Origin: Pseudomonadota bacterium
GTDB lineage: Archaea > Thermoplasmatota > SW-10-69-26 > JACQPN01 > JAJPHT01
NCBI GenBank assembly: GCA_021325135.1
Contig: JAJPHT010000030.1
Coordinates: 96,001-160,000, forward strand
DNA length: 64,000 nt
Reading direction: 5' to 3'
A model generated the notes under the pieces. It was not told the origin of the DNA. It saw only the letters and a program-made list of their open reading frames with translations, and searched no databases. Position 1 is the stretch's first letter, and each line of letters starts with the position of its first letter. The position numbers and the translations under genes are program-made. Of the stretch, positions 63,207 through 64,000 are shown one piece after another.

Positions 63207-63980
63207 CTAGGGCGGGGTGAGGCGCGCCTCGGCCACGGCGGAGTCGGGGATCATGGTCACGATGGGCTGCCCCGCGCTCGTCTTGGGCCCGTCGAAGTCG
63301 AACACGTAGTAGGTCCCGTCCGAGTGCGCCAGGAGGCGCCAGTCCTGCCGCTCGTGCGAGGCGTTGTCCACGAACTCGAAGTGCACGCGCAGGAGGGTCG
63401 ACTTGTCCCCCGCGGCGTCGATGGAGCCGTTGGAGTCGCCCAGGAGGCTCCCCAGGAGGAGGGTGCAGGTGAGGAGCCCCACGACGACGATCGCGACGAG
63501 GGCGACGTCGTAGGTGCGCGAGCGCCCCAGGGTCGGCCCGTGGGGGAGCTCCCGAAAGAAGGACCACGCCAGCCGCGCGAGCAGCGCGAGCAGGATCACC
63601 ACCGCGACCAGCAGGAGCCAGGCGTGCGCCTTCGCGAGGTCGAACGCGATCATCGCGGTGCGGACGGCGGCGAACGTGAAGATGGCGAAGGGGACGAGCA
63701 TCGCGAACGCGCGGAGGGACCGCTCCGTCTTGCCGCCTTTCGAGAGGCCCCCCTCGGAGGCCGCGAAGAGCCACAGGAGGAAGACGAGGATGAAGGCGCC
63801 TCCGGCCTCGAACCCCTTCTCCAGCAGCACGCTGGTGTCCCAGCCGGGCTCCCCCGCGGGGAGGCGCCAGTGGCCGAAGTACGCGTCGCGTTGGGCGTGG
63901 CCCCCGGCGTAGGCGATGGCGGTGAGGATCGCCACCAGGAGGGAGGCGTCCCCCAGGAAGCCCAGCGAGCGGGGCCTCAT
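63207..63980 (-). CDS. Membrane protein of unknown function
   Basis: About 5 TM segments and a C-terminal beta domain. The frame is open to the window edge, so the true start may lie a few codons upstream. Confidence 0.7.
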   Translation of the reverse strand: MRPRSLGFLGDASLLVAILTAIAYAGGHAQRDAYFGHWRLPAGEPGWDTSVLLEKGFEAGGAFILVFLLWLFAASEGGLSKGGKTERSLRAFAMLVPFAIFTFAAVRTAMIAFDLAKAHAWLLLVAVVILLALLARLAWSFFRELPHGPTLGRSRTYDVALVAIVVVGLLTCTLLLGSLLGDSNGSIDAAGDKSTLLRVHFEFVDNASHERQDWRLLAHSDGTYYVFDFDGPKTSAGQPIVTMIPDSAVAEARLTPP

Positions 63981-64000
63981 CTTCTCGTCCGCGTCCGTCA

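Overview
High-GC window, probably archaeal and Thermoplasmatota-like. This is inferred from GGTGA/GAGGTGA Shine-Dalgarno motifs, COG3398-type double wHTH proteins, an 'RGD'-type tyrosine integrase, a PG-TM-R C-terminal anchor and dense N-glycosylation sequons. (1) 1-8.8 kb, + strand: membrane proteins, a lipoprotein metzincin protease, two TPR paralogues flanking a wHTH regulator, and the 5' stub of a secreted protein. (2) 8.7-50.6 kb, - strand: one tightly coupled ~42 kb operon of 12 mostly membrane or secreted genes, ending in a ~26 kb ORF of ~8,750 aa. That ORF reads as two surface proteins joined in frame (signal peptide, ectodomain, membrane anchor, second signal peptide, ectodomain). Part 1 has a ~2,900-residue helical stalk of 18- and 40-residue repeats interrupted by LamG domains, one nested inside another. 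Part 2 has seven FN3 domains, the first split by a ~550-aa module also present in part 1. The operon also encodes three paralogous large membrane proteins (one with HhH and AT-hook-like motifs) and a small pilin-like protein followed by a stem-loop. I found no ATPase. (3) 51-60.4 kb: mobile-element backbone with a Ser/Thr kinase, Zn-finger and wHTH proteins, an orphan ParB, and an RHH-like accessory gene coupled to a tyrosine integrase. (4) 60.7-64 kb: host-like genes (SnoaL cyclase, CPA1 antiporter). Best reading: an integrated element encoding an undescribed giant cell-surface/contact apparatus, apparently broken at ~8.8 kb. I found no tRNA, rRNA or CRISPR array. All family calls come from motif recognition by eye, not database searches.
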